Below are positions 36,701-48,700 of a stretch of 64,000 nt of DNA, one piece after another (the stretch's first letter is position 1; the number at the start of each line of letters is the position of its first letter). The translations under genes were made by a program, and so were the position numbers. The notes under the pieces were generated by a model, which worked only from the letters and a program-made list of their open reading frames with translations, did not search any database and was not told the DNA's origin. Source of the stretch: Phoronis australis (Eukaryota; Animalia; Phoronida); the NCBI GenBank assembly GCA_002633005.1, contig NMRA01000649.1:1-64000 (forward strand), read 5' to 3'.

Positions 36701-39700
36701 CGCCTCCTGTTGGCAGTTTTTTTGCGCTCATGGCTGTATTTCCTAAACCGTTTGCAGGATCTTTACTTGATTTAGCAAGTATATTTATATGATGTTGACA
36801 ATGAACAACGACGACTTTCAGATGGATCTGACCACTCGTATGCCCCCTAGTGGCAATTTTAGTTTTTTTACGTTTACCTCTGTATTTTCAAAGGTCCAAA
36901 ACAGATTTTCATAAAGTTTTGAATATAGACATCTATTGAAGAGATGACGCTTTGCTCCTGTTTTTGGATGGAATCTAGGTATTTTGCGCCACCTAGTGGC
37001 CATTTTTGCTGTTTTCAAACCCTGGTCAACCAAATCCTTCTAGAGATGGTTTTGAAAATTGAAATGTTCTCAGTGTGAAGAGGACGTTTGATGATGGTGA
37101 CTGACTACTGTGGCGCCTCCTAGTCTTAGCTCTGTTTTGTTTTGCATCCATAGCTGTATTTGGATGGATTGTACATTTTTGCGCCATCTAGTGGCCATTT
37201 TTTGATACAAATAAATAACCCTAAAAGCACACCATTTGCGATGCATTCGTGGGCACATTTCAACGCTCCGCGTTGCTCTTGTTTTTAACTTGTTTGCACT
37301 TTGTCCAGTTTCACGCCAGGACATATCAAACATTATTTTCAGATAAGAATAGTCACTTACAGGGGTCTCCGCATTTTGAGAACCAGTTGTCTCCACTGAA
37401 TAAGAGGCATCAAACTGGTTCTCGAAATGCGAGGCTTGTGTAAGTGACTACTGCCGCTTTATTTCCGTACTTTGTCATACCGCACTAGTTTTTATGTCTT
37501 GTGATCGTTGTCACTCAACAACTGCATTGCGCATAACCTTTTTAGGGGTTTAATTTGATTTGCTTTTAGTATAGAGAATTACCAAAAATTGTGTATTTCC
37601 TGTCTTTGTATTCCAGCACTACCTGTGTTAACACCACCTACATTGTTACACGTTGTGGTGTTGAGAAACACCGTCTTGCTGTGTTGTTCATTGCTCCATT
37701 CCTCCCTACATTCCTGCCATTCCCCCCACCCCAGGCCCCCTGACCCCTGTCAGTTAGCTACACTGACATCAACCATGACTATTTTATCAGCTCAGCTGAC
37801 AGTATTCTGAGTACACTCAGGGCTGTGAGTTGCATGTCACTCTTTCCTGTGTGCATCATTCACAGCGTGCCTTTGACAGAACTGTAAGTGAACTTATGTC
37901 TTGGTTATCCTAAATCCTCTATCAGTAGGCATACTGATTGATCTGGAACCCGAAAATCGCCTACCCTGAAATTACAACCCGGTTCTCTAATATCAGTTGA
38001 GTAGAAAAACCATTTGTCACCTAGTAGTTGACAAATGCAATTTTTAGTTGCAAGCGTAAGTTTGTTTAAGAAATGAATGCTTCTCTCTTAGACGGGCTGG
38101 AGCTAGAACCCATGAAAGTAATAAACACTTGGGTTTGTATTGGAACCTTTTCGGTAGACGCCATTTTGTAAAGTTACTGACATCATTGACGTCAGGTCTG
38201 TCGTGGTAGTGTTGTGTTTTGATGTCAACAGCAGCAGAAAGTCATGTCCTAATGTTTATTGTTTTTCGAACTGCCTTAATTAAACATCAAATGTTTTCAC
38301 CTACTCATATCATATAACTTGAAAAGCTTTGGATACTTTTGTAAATCATAAAGAATGTGAAATTGTGTATTCCTTCCATTGTCACAAATAAATTTCGGTG
38401 CTGATTTTCAGTGTCCAAAACAATGCAGAAACTAGTGGTTACAGCTGATGAGAATGTTTGTGATATTAATGTATCTCACAATTGCAAATTCACTACTTTA
38501 ATTATGTCCTTTTGATGTCACGATATTTTTGTGCCATTCAAATTTCGTTATTCCTCGTAAATTGATTTGTCTGAGAACTGCTTTTTCTCAGGGTATCTTT
38601 TGGTGCTTGTTAATCAGACATAGACAGGTGACAATTTTGCACGAGATTGTTGATAATTGGTGTCAGCTCAGTAGGAAATTTCATTTTTTTCCCTGGATTG
38701 ATGCCGAGAAGAGACAGAGGTATCAATTGTCCCTGGTTGGTCATATATGGTCAGTGGCAAGTGTCAAGATATCCAGACCAGATGGTCTGTGCTATGGACA
38801 CATCTGGTGGAAATAAGCCAGATTCTGTTGATGTCTAGTGTTGGAGTTGTTAACCTGGCCTGTTCTCATCTGTGTTAGTAATTACAGACTGACAAGTCTC
38901 TAGTGCTCACTCAGAGGACAGGGATGGTTGTAGGTAGCTCACACAAGGAGAGCTCGCAGTCTGACAGGCAGTTGGATATCTGTGACCAGGTTGGTGCCTT
39001 CTGATATAGCGTTCTTTCTACTTGGATGACTTCAGCAGTCATAGAGTGCAGTCATAGGGAGTTTTAAAGCTATAATTCTTGGTATGTTTGAAGTTCAACC
39101 TTTGGCTACACCATCATTCTCAAGCACTTAGTTTACAATGTCAGCACTTTTGTTTCTTACTTCTGAGGTACATCTGGATACAGTGTCCTAAAGTACAAAT
39201 TCATGGACGCCATTTTCTGAAAATGTTGGAAGTCATCGGAAACATCTGAGCTCCTGATTTAGAGAAATGCGACAGAATAGATTTTTGAAGGTCTTCTGTT
39301 TTCTAGTAAAAAGTGTCGGAGAGGATTCCAAGGGAACAGTTTAATGATTTGTCTGAAATTTTGGATGATGTTGGGTACAATGAATTTGATTAGTCGTTTG
39401 GTTTGAGTTCATTGATAGATTCTGTCTGCAGGCTGTAGTTCAAATGTAATGTATCGTAAGTCCCTTTTCTCACTAAATGATTTCATCCGTCTGGCAGATG
39501 GATTCTTTTTTCAAACAGATGGAAATTTATGTATGAAAGTTCTCAAACTGATGTTGAGTAGGTTTGGTGAATATGAGGTTATGAGGATGATCAGTCAGAC
39601 TCTGATTGGTTGACTAGCTCTCAGGTAATTGTAAGAGGTGTCGAGCTGGAATCGTCTCAAAATTCATGCAGCGATTTCCAGCCTTCCTGGTATGAACAGA

Positions 39701-42700
39701 CTCTCATATTTGTATTTGAATCTTTGCTCAAGATGGAGACATTTTCCGCAGCCGATAATGTGATTATTTTGCATGGCATAGCCAGTGAAAGCATATTTGT
39801 GAATATTGCAGTGTGCTCAGTGAACTGACTGGAGTTCTTTAATGCTAATTCTTTCCTGTGTTCAGAAGTGTGCATACCCAGATTTTGTGTGAAACAACAT
39901 AAATGCTTTGATTTTGTATGACATCACAGATCACACGTGTACTCGGGTTTGATCGTAACGTCACATGCCCCCACACAGCAGTTTGAGAGTGGATGCTGAT
40001 GAGAGGATCCGAAAACATTGATATGTAGGTTCATTAAGTTTTGTGTACATGCGAAAAGGAACTTAGTAGTATTAGTCACTCTATCAGTGAACTGACTTAA
40101 TGTTCAAAGTGCAAATGTTGGCCCACCAATTTTTTAATGTTCATATTTTATATTTCATACCATCGCAGTACCTTTAAATAAGTGCCACTTTCCGCATGTT
40201 TCTGGTAAAATGTCTAAATATAGAAGACATGGTGGAAATTTATTTTGATCTGACTTTCGCCAATGCGTTATGAAGTTTTTTGCCACTAGGTTGGTTTGAA
40301 CCAAAATTTACATGTGTCCATGGCAACGTCTCCATCGTTTTTATGAAGGCAATAAGCTTTTGAAAGGTGAAAATTTATACTTGTTTTTGACTTTGATTAT
40401 GATGAATTACTGCAAACGTACGATCTTTGATTTAAATACATGTCATGGATTCCGTCTGTAGTACTGTAGTATTCAAGCGCTTGGTTTAAAGTATCTGCTA
40501 CTGACAAATCCTGAGAAATCAAATCTCTTGAGTTGTGTTTTAATTGTGTTAAATACATAAGTCATGCCTGGAGACAAGTGCAGGGACTGCCCATGAAACT
40601 TGTTAGTACAACTGTGGCCAATTGGCTAAAATAATAGAGGTGTAGAGATCTGGCACTTGTCAACAAACCATGACTAAATGAATTAGTCTTGAGGAGCTTG
40701 GTCCTGACAACCACAGGGGGCACTAGATTCTAATGTCTACCCACAATGCCGTACTTGTGGGTGGACTCTTGTCAGGCTATTCATGACTTGGTGTCTCCGT
40801 TTATGTGCATTGGCATTTTGTCAAATTTTCGCTGTCGTGTGGCGAGATGCAAAATCTTTCTTGAAAATTGAGCAAGTGGTCGTGAAGACATGGGCCTGTC
40901 TTTCTTTTCTGTTCCAATTTGTGATGTGGCTACTGCATGGCCTGTTTTCTGACCTTAATATTTAGAAGATGTTGTTTCGGATTGCACCACTGGGGTGTGT
41001 ATTCGAAATGAAATGGAAGTGGTTAAGAGAGGGATTCTCTGTCACTAATACATGACTGATTACCTGGTTACTTAAATTTCATAATTATTTAGCAGAAACA
41101 TTTGGGTGAATGCAAATGTTCATGTTAGCAAATTCCCCATACTTTTGAAAATTTTCGCATCGAGCGTCCACTGCTCGGAGTATCCACCATAATTTGCTTC
41201 ATGGGATTAATTTTCAAGATAGTGAGGCGCACTTTCAAATGCTCGACCGGGTCCATTTATAGTCTCATCGTAGTCACTGCCAGGAATTAGGCCGTTGCCA
41301 GGGACATCATATTCTGTTAGTCCTTTGCAGTGCGTTAAAATGACCCACTTTGTTGAAATTGACACTTACCAAGACTACAGTGTTGCATTCTATGCTACAA
41401 AAAAATTTACTTTTCATCAATTTTAAGAGCCAAATATTGGCCTTGTTTACCTCTGAGGTGGTGACATTTCATGTCTGGCCTATTCTTTCTATATATGCCA
41501 TGGGAGTAAACTCCAGTCACCCAATAACGGCATAATGCTTTCATCGTAGTCCGTTCTGTCTCTTTCTGACGTCCAAAGTCCCTTCGTGGGTAAAATTTTC
41601 CGACATGTTTTTCTGACTAAATGGCTTCCTGATAGGATTTCTGTAGTTTTTAACTATCAAGTTTAAAGCTGCCTTTTGTTCTTGTTCAGCTGTTGATGGT
41701 GAATTCTTCACCGAAACGCTGGTGCCACACTCATCCCATTGTGGACTGTTGCAGATTGAGTCGCCAACTCTAGTCACATGCAATGCGTACATGTGCCATT
41801 TTCTGATCCGCAGTTTTGGGGTTGCCCAACGCCTTTAAAAACTGAAGCATTTTCTCGAGTCGTTGATGGCTTCGATGCTCGTGTTGGTAACGGAAATAGA
41901 ATCCTATTTTGTGAGGATTGTTACGAGACCAATTTCATTATTGATATTAAAAGGCCTAATTTGTTTTCATTTTCAGTCAGCTATATGGGGCGAAATGCCG
42001 TTTTGAATTTGTTATTAACCTGTATCCTTATTCGCTCTAAAATTACCCACATGATTTGAATCAGATTGGAGCATTTTTTCCGTTTTTAATAAAGTGGTTG
42101 TCTTGTCAGTCTGTCTTTCTTGGTTAATATTCTTTTCAACCTCTTTTGTCAACTTTGTGAGAATTTTTTGATGGTCTCACTCCTTGTCTGGTTATTATAA
42201 AATTCATTCACAACTTGTAACTCGTCAATAGCTCGAAGTGTTTGTATTGTTTTCTGTTAAAGTCAAGTAAACTGGTGGTGTGACGTCCATTTTATGATCA
42301 TTTTATTCCTTCTTGGACACCATGCTGTTCATCCATTGGAGGTTTCTTCAAAATATGATTCCTGTACGTAGCTATGACTTACCGTCTAGTTATTTTGAGA
42401 TAATGCGGATGACTAAGGTCCTACACTAGGGCACGTGGGTGACTTGCAACAGTCGACCTCTACATAGATTCAAACTTTTCCATCATTTCCATGTAATGCA
42501 GACCTTGCTTTTTGCAATTACTATGAAATTGGCACTCAGAATTTAGTAACTTTAAAATATCCCAAGAATTGGTTGACACTGAATTCCTAATGGCGCCATG
42601 CTATTCATTTTTCAATTTTTGATTTATAGCACCAAAGTTCCTCAGACCTCAGTCCTTAAAGACTGATACCTTTGTTAAATTCGACTTGCGGACATATCCC

Positions 42701-45700
42701 GCCAAGTGATACAATAGAGGGTGTATCTTCTGTTCCTCATTTGCCCTGTCGTCGTTGTCATCTAGTGCCAGTAATGGTTTCATCATAGTTGCATCGTCTG
42801 CGTCAATGCCGTTCCATTGCTGGCAGCATCGTCCATGTTGTCACTTTCAGTGCCATCAGTAGTCTCATGGTGTTCGTCATGCTGTTCACATTTTGTTATT
42901 AATGTCACACGTGTTATCATACTTGTCTTTGGTGTTGTTGCCTCGAGTTAAGTACCATAGCAATCTATTCTGATTGACCATAGAAATGACTTCGAATAAC
43001 TTAATAAATGAAGATTGGCTCTCCCAACAAGAGTAGAGATTGGCTCTCTCAATAATGGTAGAGATTGGCTCTCAAAATAAGGGTAGAGATTGGCTCTCCC
43101 AACAAGGGTAGAGATTGGCTCTCTCAGTAACGGTAGAGATTGGCTATCAAAATAAGGCCAGAGATTGACTCTCCCAACAAGGGTGGAGATTGGCTCTCCT
43201 AACAAGGGTAGAGATTGGCTCTCTCAGTAACGGTAGAGATTGGCTCTCAAAATAAGGCCAGAGATTGACTCTCAAAACAAGGGTGGAGATTGGCTCTCCT
43301 AACAAGGGTACAGATTGGCTCTCCCAACAAGGGCAGAGATTGGCTCTCTCAGTAACGGTAGAGATTGGCTCTCAAAATAAGGGTAGAGATTGGCTCTCCC
43401 AACGAGGGTGGAGATTGGCTCTCCTAACAAGGGTAGACATTGGCTCTCCCAACCAGGGTAGAGATTGGCTCTTCCAACAAGGGTAGAGATTGGCCCCTTC
43501 ATTACAATTCTCTTTTGCATTTGTTTATAATTCCACTAGAGAAAGGCAACTGTTATGTAATCTAGCTGTATGCTAATCTTACTGTACTTGCATTAGTCTG
43601 TAATAAAGGCGTAGCATTGAGCGACACGCTATCAGGCTAGTCAACTCACATGTCTTTCCAAATAAGGAATTCAGTACAGTCTGTATCTTGAGTACACGCT
43701 GGAGACTGGAAAGAGGATAGTTGTTGCCTTTTTGTTATCCTCTTGTCTTCAATTGACTTTTCCAAGTGTCGTTCCTCAGGGGCCCTTTCATTTTACAGTA
43801 ATTTCAACTTATCTCACAGGAAATTGTCAAAATTAATCTTACTGGAAACAAAGGAAACTTCACGAAATGTTAATTATAAAATATGCACAGCACAAACCAT
43901 GTTAGTACGGTGATAGACTAAATTTTGTATCTTTATTTTTGCATAAAAAGTTTAACAAAATAGACTTTGAATTGTTGGCCATTTTGTTTGCTAAATAACT
44001 GAAGAATAACTGTAAAACATTTTTTTAATTTCAAAGCCACGCTTTGATTATTTTTTTACAGTCATACCAGCGGGAGACTTTCAACTAGCAACGTGCTGAC
44101 TGGTTCCGTACGACCTGATACCAGTGGCCTCTAGAGAATTGTGAAACTGTCTTTTCACGAAATCAAATCATTCCCCTATGCCTCCCTCTGTGACAGCTAG
44201 GTGGCGATAAAAGTCACGGGTCCCACGTGATCAGCCCACATGGACTCCTTAAAGTATCCCTTTTGTTGAGCGTATTTTGGTTAGCCTGCTTGGCATGCTT
44301 TAGCATATCTCAGGTGTTCCGACCAGCTTTATTACTGATAGGATTTCATTAGCAGGTATTGGAAATTGGTGAAGTCTTAAAATTTGGCTTTCATTGTCAG
44401 TATGCCTTACCCTTTCATTTTGGAAGAGTGTCTGTGTATTGAGATGGTAGTTAATCTGTTATTGACATCCTCTTTATAATCCTGGTCTGTGTTAAGCATC
44501 AGCTTCTGCCCAATTCATTCTGTTATTGTATTCCTATATACATGCTCTCTTGTTTTCATGAGGGATTTCCCTAGTTTTCCATTGTAATATTGCCATCGAT
44601 TCCTGTGTCACCAGTAAAGTACTGTTTGACCAGGCATAAGCTATGGTCTTGAGACGGTCAAGCAACCAGGTAGGCAGTTGTTATATTTGGCACATTAGGA
44701 GAATGTGTAAGTCATTCCGTTTATTGGAAAAATTCATCAGTTTTTTATGCAATTGGCAAACAAATTTGATTCCGTTTCTCGTCATGAAAAAATTTCAGAA
44801 AAATTTTCTGGGGTATTTGCAGCTGTCACCGAAGCAGTGTTCAAAGTTTGAGCACATTTCCTCAACAACGATGCCATTTTCATAACAACGGATGTGAAAA
44901 TCGGTGAGCAGCTTTTGTCTTACCTGTTAATGACTAGGAAAACAAGTCTTTCTCTTCATCCATTACGGCAGGGAAAGTGATACGCTTGTGGTAGTCTTAA
45001 AATACAAAACCTTTGTCAACAGAAACATGAAAAAATATAATGTAGGCAAGCATAATCTGATAATCAGGTAGTTGATAGTTGACAAGTGGCAGCTGTTGGT
45101 ACATTACTTGGAGGTTAAAGTTCATTTTCCAGTCCAGTGTGTAAGGTGTTCTTCATCAGCCTTCAAGTAACAGCTGTCACAAGTCACAACAATCAGGAAA
45201 GCATCTCCATACCAAAGCAAGTCTAATTAGATATTTTAATTCTTCGTTTGTTTTCCACCTAACAAGGTGTAAAATTAATATAAAATCTTATTTTGTTTAA
45301 TTTATTTATCTATGGCTATGGATGTGAAGGAACGGGCTTGGAATTTTCCTCTTTTAAGATGATTTCCTCTTTTTTGTTTTGATTTCATCTTATTTGATTA
45401 TCAGTTTCCTCTTCTTGTCTCTTTTTTATCATTACTTTGACTTTATTCATGCAAAAATGTTCATAAAAAATTTACAACGCAAACAATATTTCTATCACAC
45501 AAGCCTATTTATTTGTGGAACGATACATCACCTGGAAATTTTTCCTCTTCACATTCCAAGCCCTGAGGAAAATTTATTGTGACACAGCTTGAATTTTTCT
45601 TACTGTCCAAATTGTGCTGCAGTATTCAAGCTTGGTCAGTATTCAAGCTTGGTCAGTATCCAAGCTTGGTCAGTATTCAAGCTTGGTCAGTATTCAAGCT

Positions 45701-48700
45701 TGGTCAGTATTCAAGCTTGGTCAGTATTCAAGCTTGGTCAGTATTCAAGCTTGGTCGGTATTCAAGCTTGTTCAGTATTCAAGCTTGGTCAGTATTCAAG
45801 CTTGGTCAGATTATTCAAGCTCAGTAGACACGTTATTCAAGCTCTGTAAAAAGCTTGGTCAGTGTTATCCAAGCTTGGGCAGTGTCCAAACTTGGTCAGG
45901 ACTATCCAAGCTCTGTTGTTATTGTCCTAGCTTGGTCAGTATTATCCTAGCTTGGTCAATATTATCCAAGCTCCGTCAGTCTTGTCCAAGCTCGGTCAGT
46001 ATTATCTTAGCTTGGTCTGTATTATCCAAGCTCCGTCAGTCTTGTCCAAGCTCGGTCAGTGTTATCCAAGCTGCGTCAGTATTATCCAAGCTTGGTCAGT
46101 GTTGTCCAAGCTTTGCTGTAGTTTTCCAAGCTTTCTGAACTTACCTTAATTCAGGGCTCCACATGTTGCATAATCATTGCATAACCGTATCATGGTTGTA
46201 TTGGTATTCAGTATTCCATACAATCTTCTATGTTATATGCGAATTGGTCATGGGAAAGAGTTATTTCTACCACCAATGGGAAAAACCGAGCCGGGTTTGC
46301 TTGGCGACCAAATTCTCTAAAGATATAGCAAAATCTTACTAATTACGGACACAATATGAAGGACGTTTTTTCATAAATGATATGCGGTACCAGAGTAATG
46401 CTTTGCCATATCTAAGTTTTGTACCATAGCTGCCAGCAGAAATATTTTAAAAATTGTGGGCATTAGAAGCCCTTGAAAAAGTGCGATTTTGGCAATTATT
46501 TTTGACTGAAATTGCCGAGATTGTACCGTAGTCCGATTGCACATAATGTTTCTAACCACCAATCTTGTTTACACTTGCACAGCAATTGTTATCAAGATGC
46601 AGTTGTAATTCGAACTCAGACTTCAATTTTTAAAAAGGTGACTTAAGCCCAAAAGCCCAAAAAGCTACTGATAAACTCCTTAACGAGCCTGAATTTCACT
46701 GTTCATTGGAAGTAATTTTTTTAAGTTAACCCAGCACTGTTTAGTAAGGGGCAATGAAAAAATGAATATCAGATAGTTTTACGTACTGTTAAGGTTGGCC
46801 GAAGTTGGACAAATGTATCTTGCTGTGGTCGTTATAGAACTAGACTCGCTGAATATTTAATCAGTCATAGTACTTGAGTTGGCCTTAGAAATGAAAGGTG
46901 AGAATTTCGACTGTTGTTTTTGTGCGAAATGACTAAAAAAATCGCTGCGTTTGTAAGTACAAGTACGTGTAGAGATAATGTGGTTATTCACCTCACTTCA
47001 TTGACTGCTAGCAAATACCGTATAATACACCTTCCTTCAGTCTGTGGTGTTCTGAGTGACCTAGTGGCCAAACTATCAACAACAAAAAACACTGTGAAAT
47101 GGAGCCAGCTATGATTAGGAAAAAATATTTCCATTTTCAAAATCACAAAATCTGTCCGAGTTTCGCTCGGATCAATTTTATACGTTCTATCTTCATATGT
47201 TGCCAATGACAGCTGTTTACTGCCGGGCAAATGTCACTTCTATTGTGAGACTGAATTAAATTGTTCGTATAATATATTATTGAAATGCGACATGATATCA
47301 TTGGCTGCATTGAACTGTAGTTGCCAGCTGAATGGAACTGGGTGGACACGGAGTTAACAATTGATTATGTCTTCCATCACGGTAAGAAGGTGACCAACTA
47401 TCAGAGGCATTGGAATCGACTTTTTGGCTGGTTAAGACTCCTTAGAATGTTGTTGGCGATTTTCTTTACTGCGTATAGTTGTTTTAGGGCGTACTTAGGA
47501 CTAGGGTACTTTTTGTTTGTCTGACCAAACTTTTTGGCAGAGTGAAATTGGGATGGATTGACAATGTATAAAGCAAATGTTTGTTGTTTGCGTCTTTCTG
47601 TTTCCAAGGTGTTTTATATTGCTTGCAGAATAATAAGCAGATGTACGAACCAAAAAAGCCACCAACGTGTCTTTGAAGGATTCCATGAATTTTTTTCAGG
47701 AAATTGTGGTTGCCTCCCCTCTGCCTTGCGATATCCTAAATTGACCAGGGCCCAGTGCTCTCCAATCTCCGTACTCAGACTCATACTCATACTCGAAATT
47801 TCATGCTCAAAATCGTGCTTACTGAAGTCGCACTCAAAAAAGCATATTTAATGTCGCATTTCGAGTAGACTCCAAACGTACTCAAATCTGAGTATCGTAC
47901 TCGAGTTGCTATGGAACTCTTTATGATGTGAAATGCAAAACCATGCAGTCGTGCTGATTCAGCGCTCCCTATATTCGCATAGACTACACTAGCAACTACA
48001 TTATCATCTGCTGTCGCTACAATTACAAGAGCCAAACTTAGAATGCTGAGTGTTCTGTAACTGTTATTCATTTTTTCAGTTCCAATACAATTTTCTTAAA
48101 CCATTTCTTGATACACTTGCCAATTGTTAAGCTTTACTTCTTGAGTTTGTTATATCCCAAAAATGTCTAAAATAAGAAATTTGTAACAGCTTATCACATC
48201 AAAGAAAGTCACCGCTGGAGTGGAACAGCCACAATCTTAGTGTCTGATTTAGCCAGGGGGGCAAAATGAGTTCATTCTTCCCTACACTTGACACATTTAC
48301 TCCTAAAATTGGCATGGTCACACCGACTATTGACAGCATATTGAAAATTTCTTTCTCAGTAATGCAGTGGTGGACCGGTGACCCCAGGCGGGGGGGAGAG
48401 GGGTCCGGTACCATATCCGTCACAGGCCTGCAACCAACATTTTTAAGGGAGAGTTCGAATTGCACATTTTCTTTGACGGGAGGTCGAATTTGAAAAGTTT
48501 GTACCTTAATTGCCAGTGGTGGCAGTCTTCTCTATTTAGCTGGCTTTCCACGTCTGCCGGAAACACCAGTCAACATTTTTGGGCCTCAGTTGTTTGGTTC
48601 CTGGTCAACCCCTGTTCTCTCTTGCTAATTTAGTCTTGACATAGAACCTATTGCTGTGTAGGCCTACGCTGATGTCAAAACTTTGATACTGTATCTGCAT

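Noticed and set aside
39240-39560. Possible Penelope-like linker remnant on the minus strand (NFRQIIK...[12 protein letters not shown])
   Set aside because: Frameshifted and too degenerate to call by eye.
42948-46149. Repetitive ORFs and CRISPR-like appearance of the tandem arrays
   Set aside because: Units are head-to-tail with no unique spacers, there are no cas genes, and the context is a eukaryotic intron. The ORFs are translations of minisatellites.
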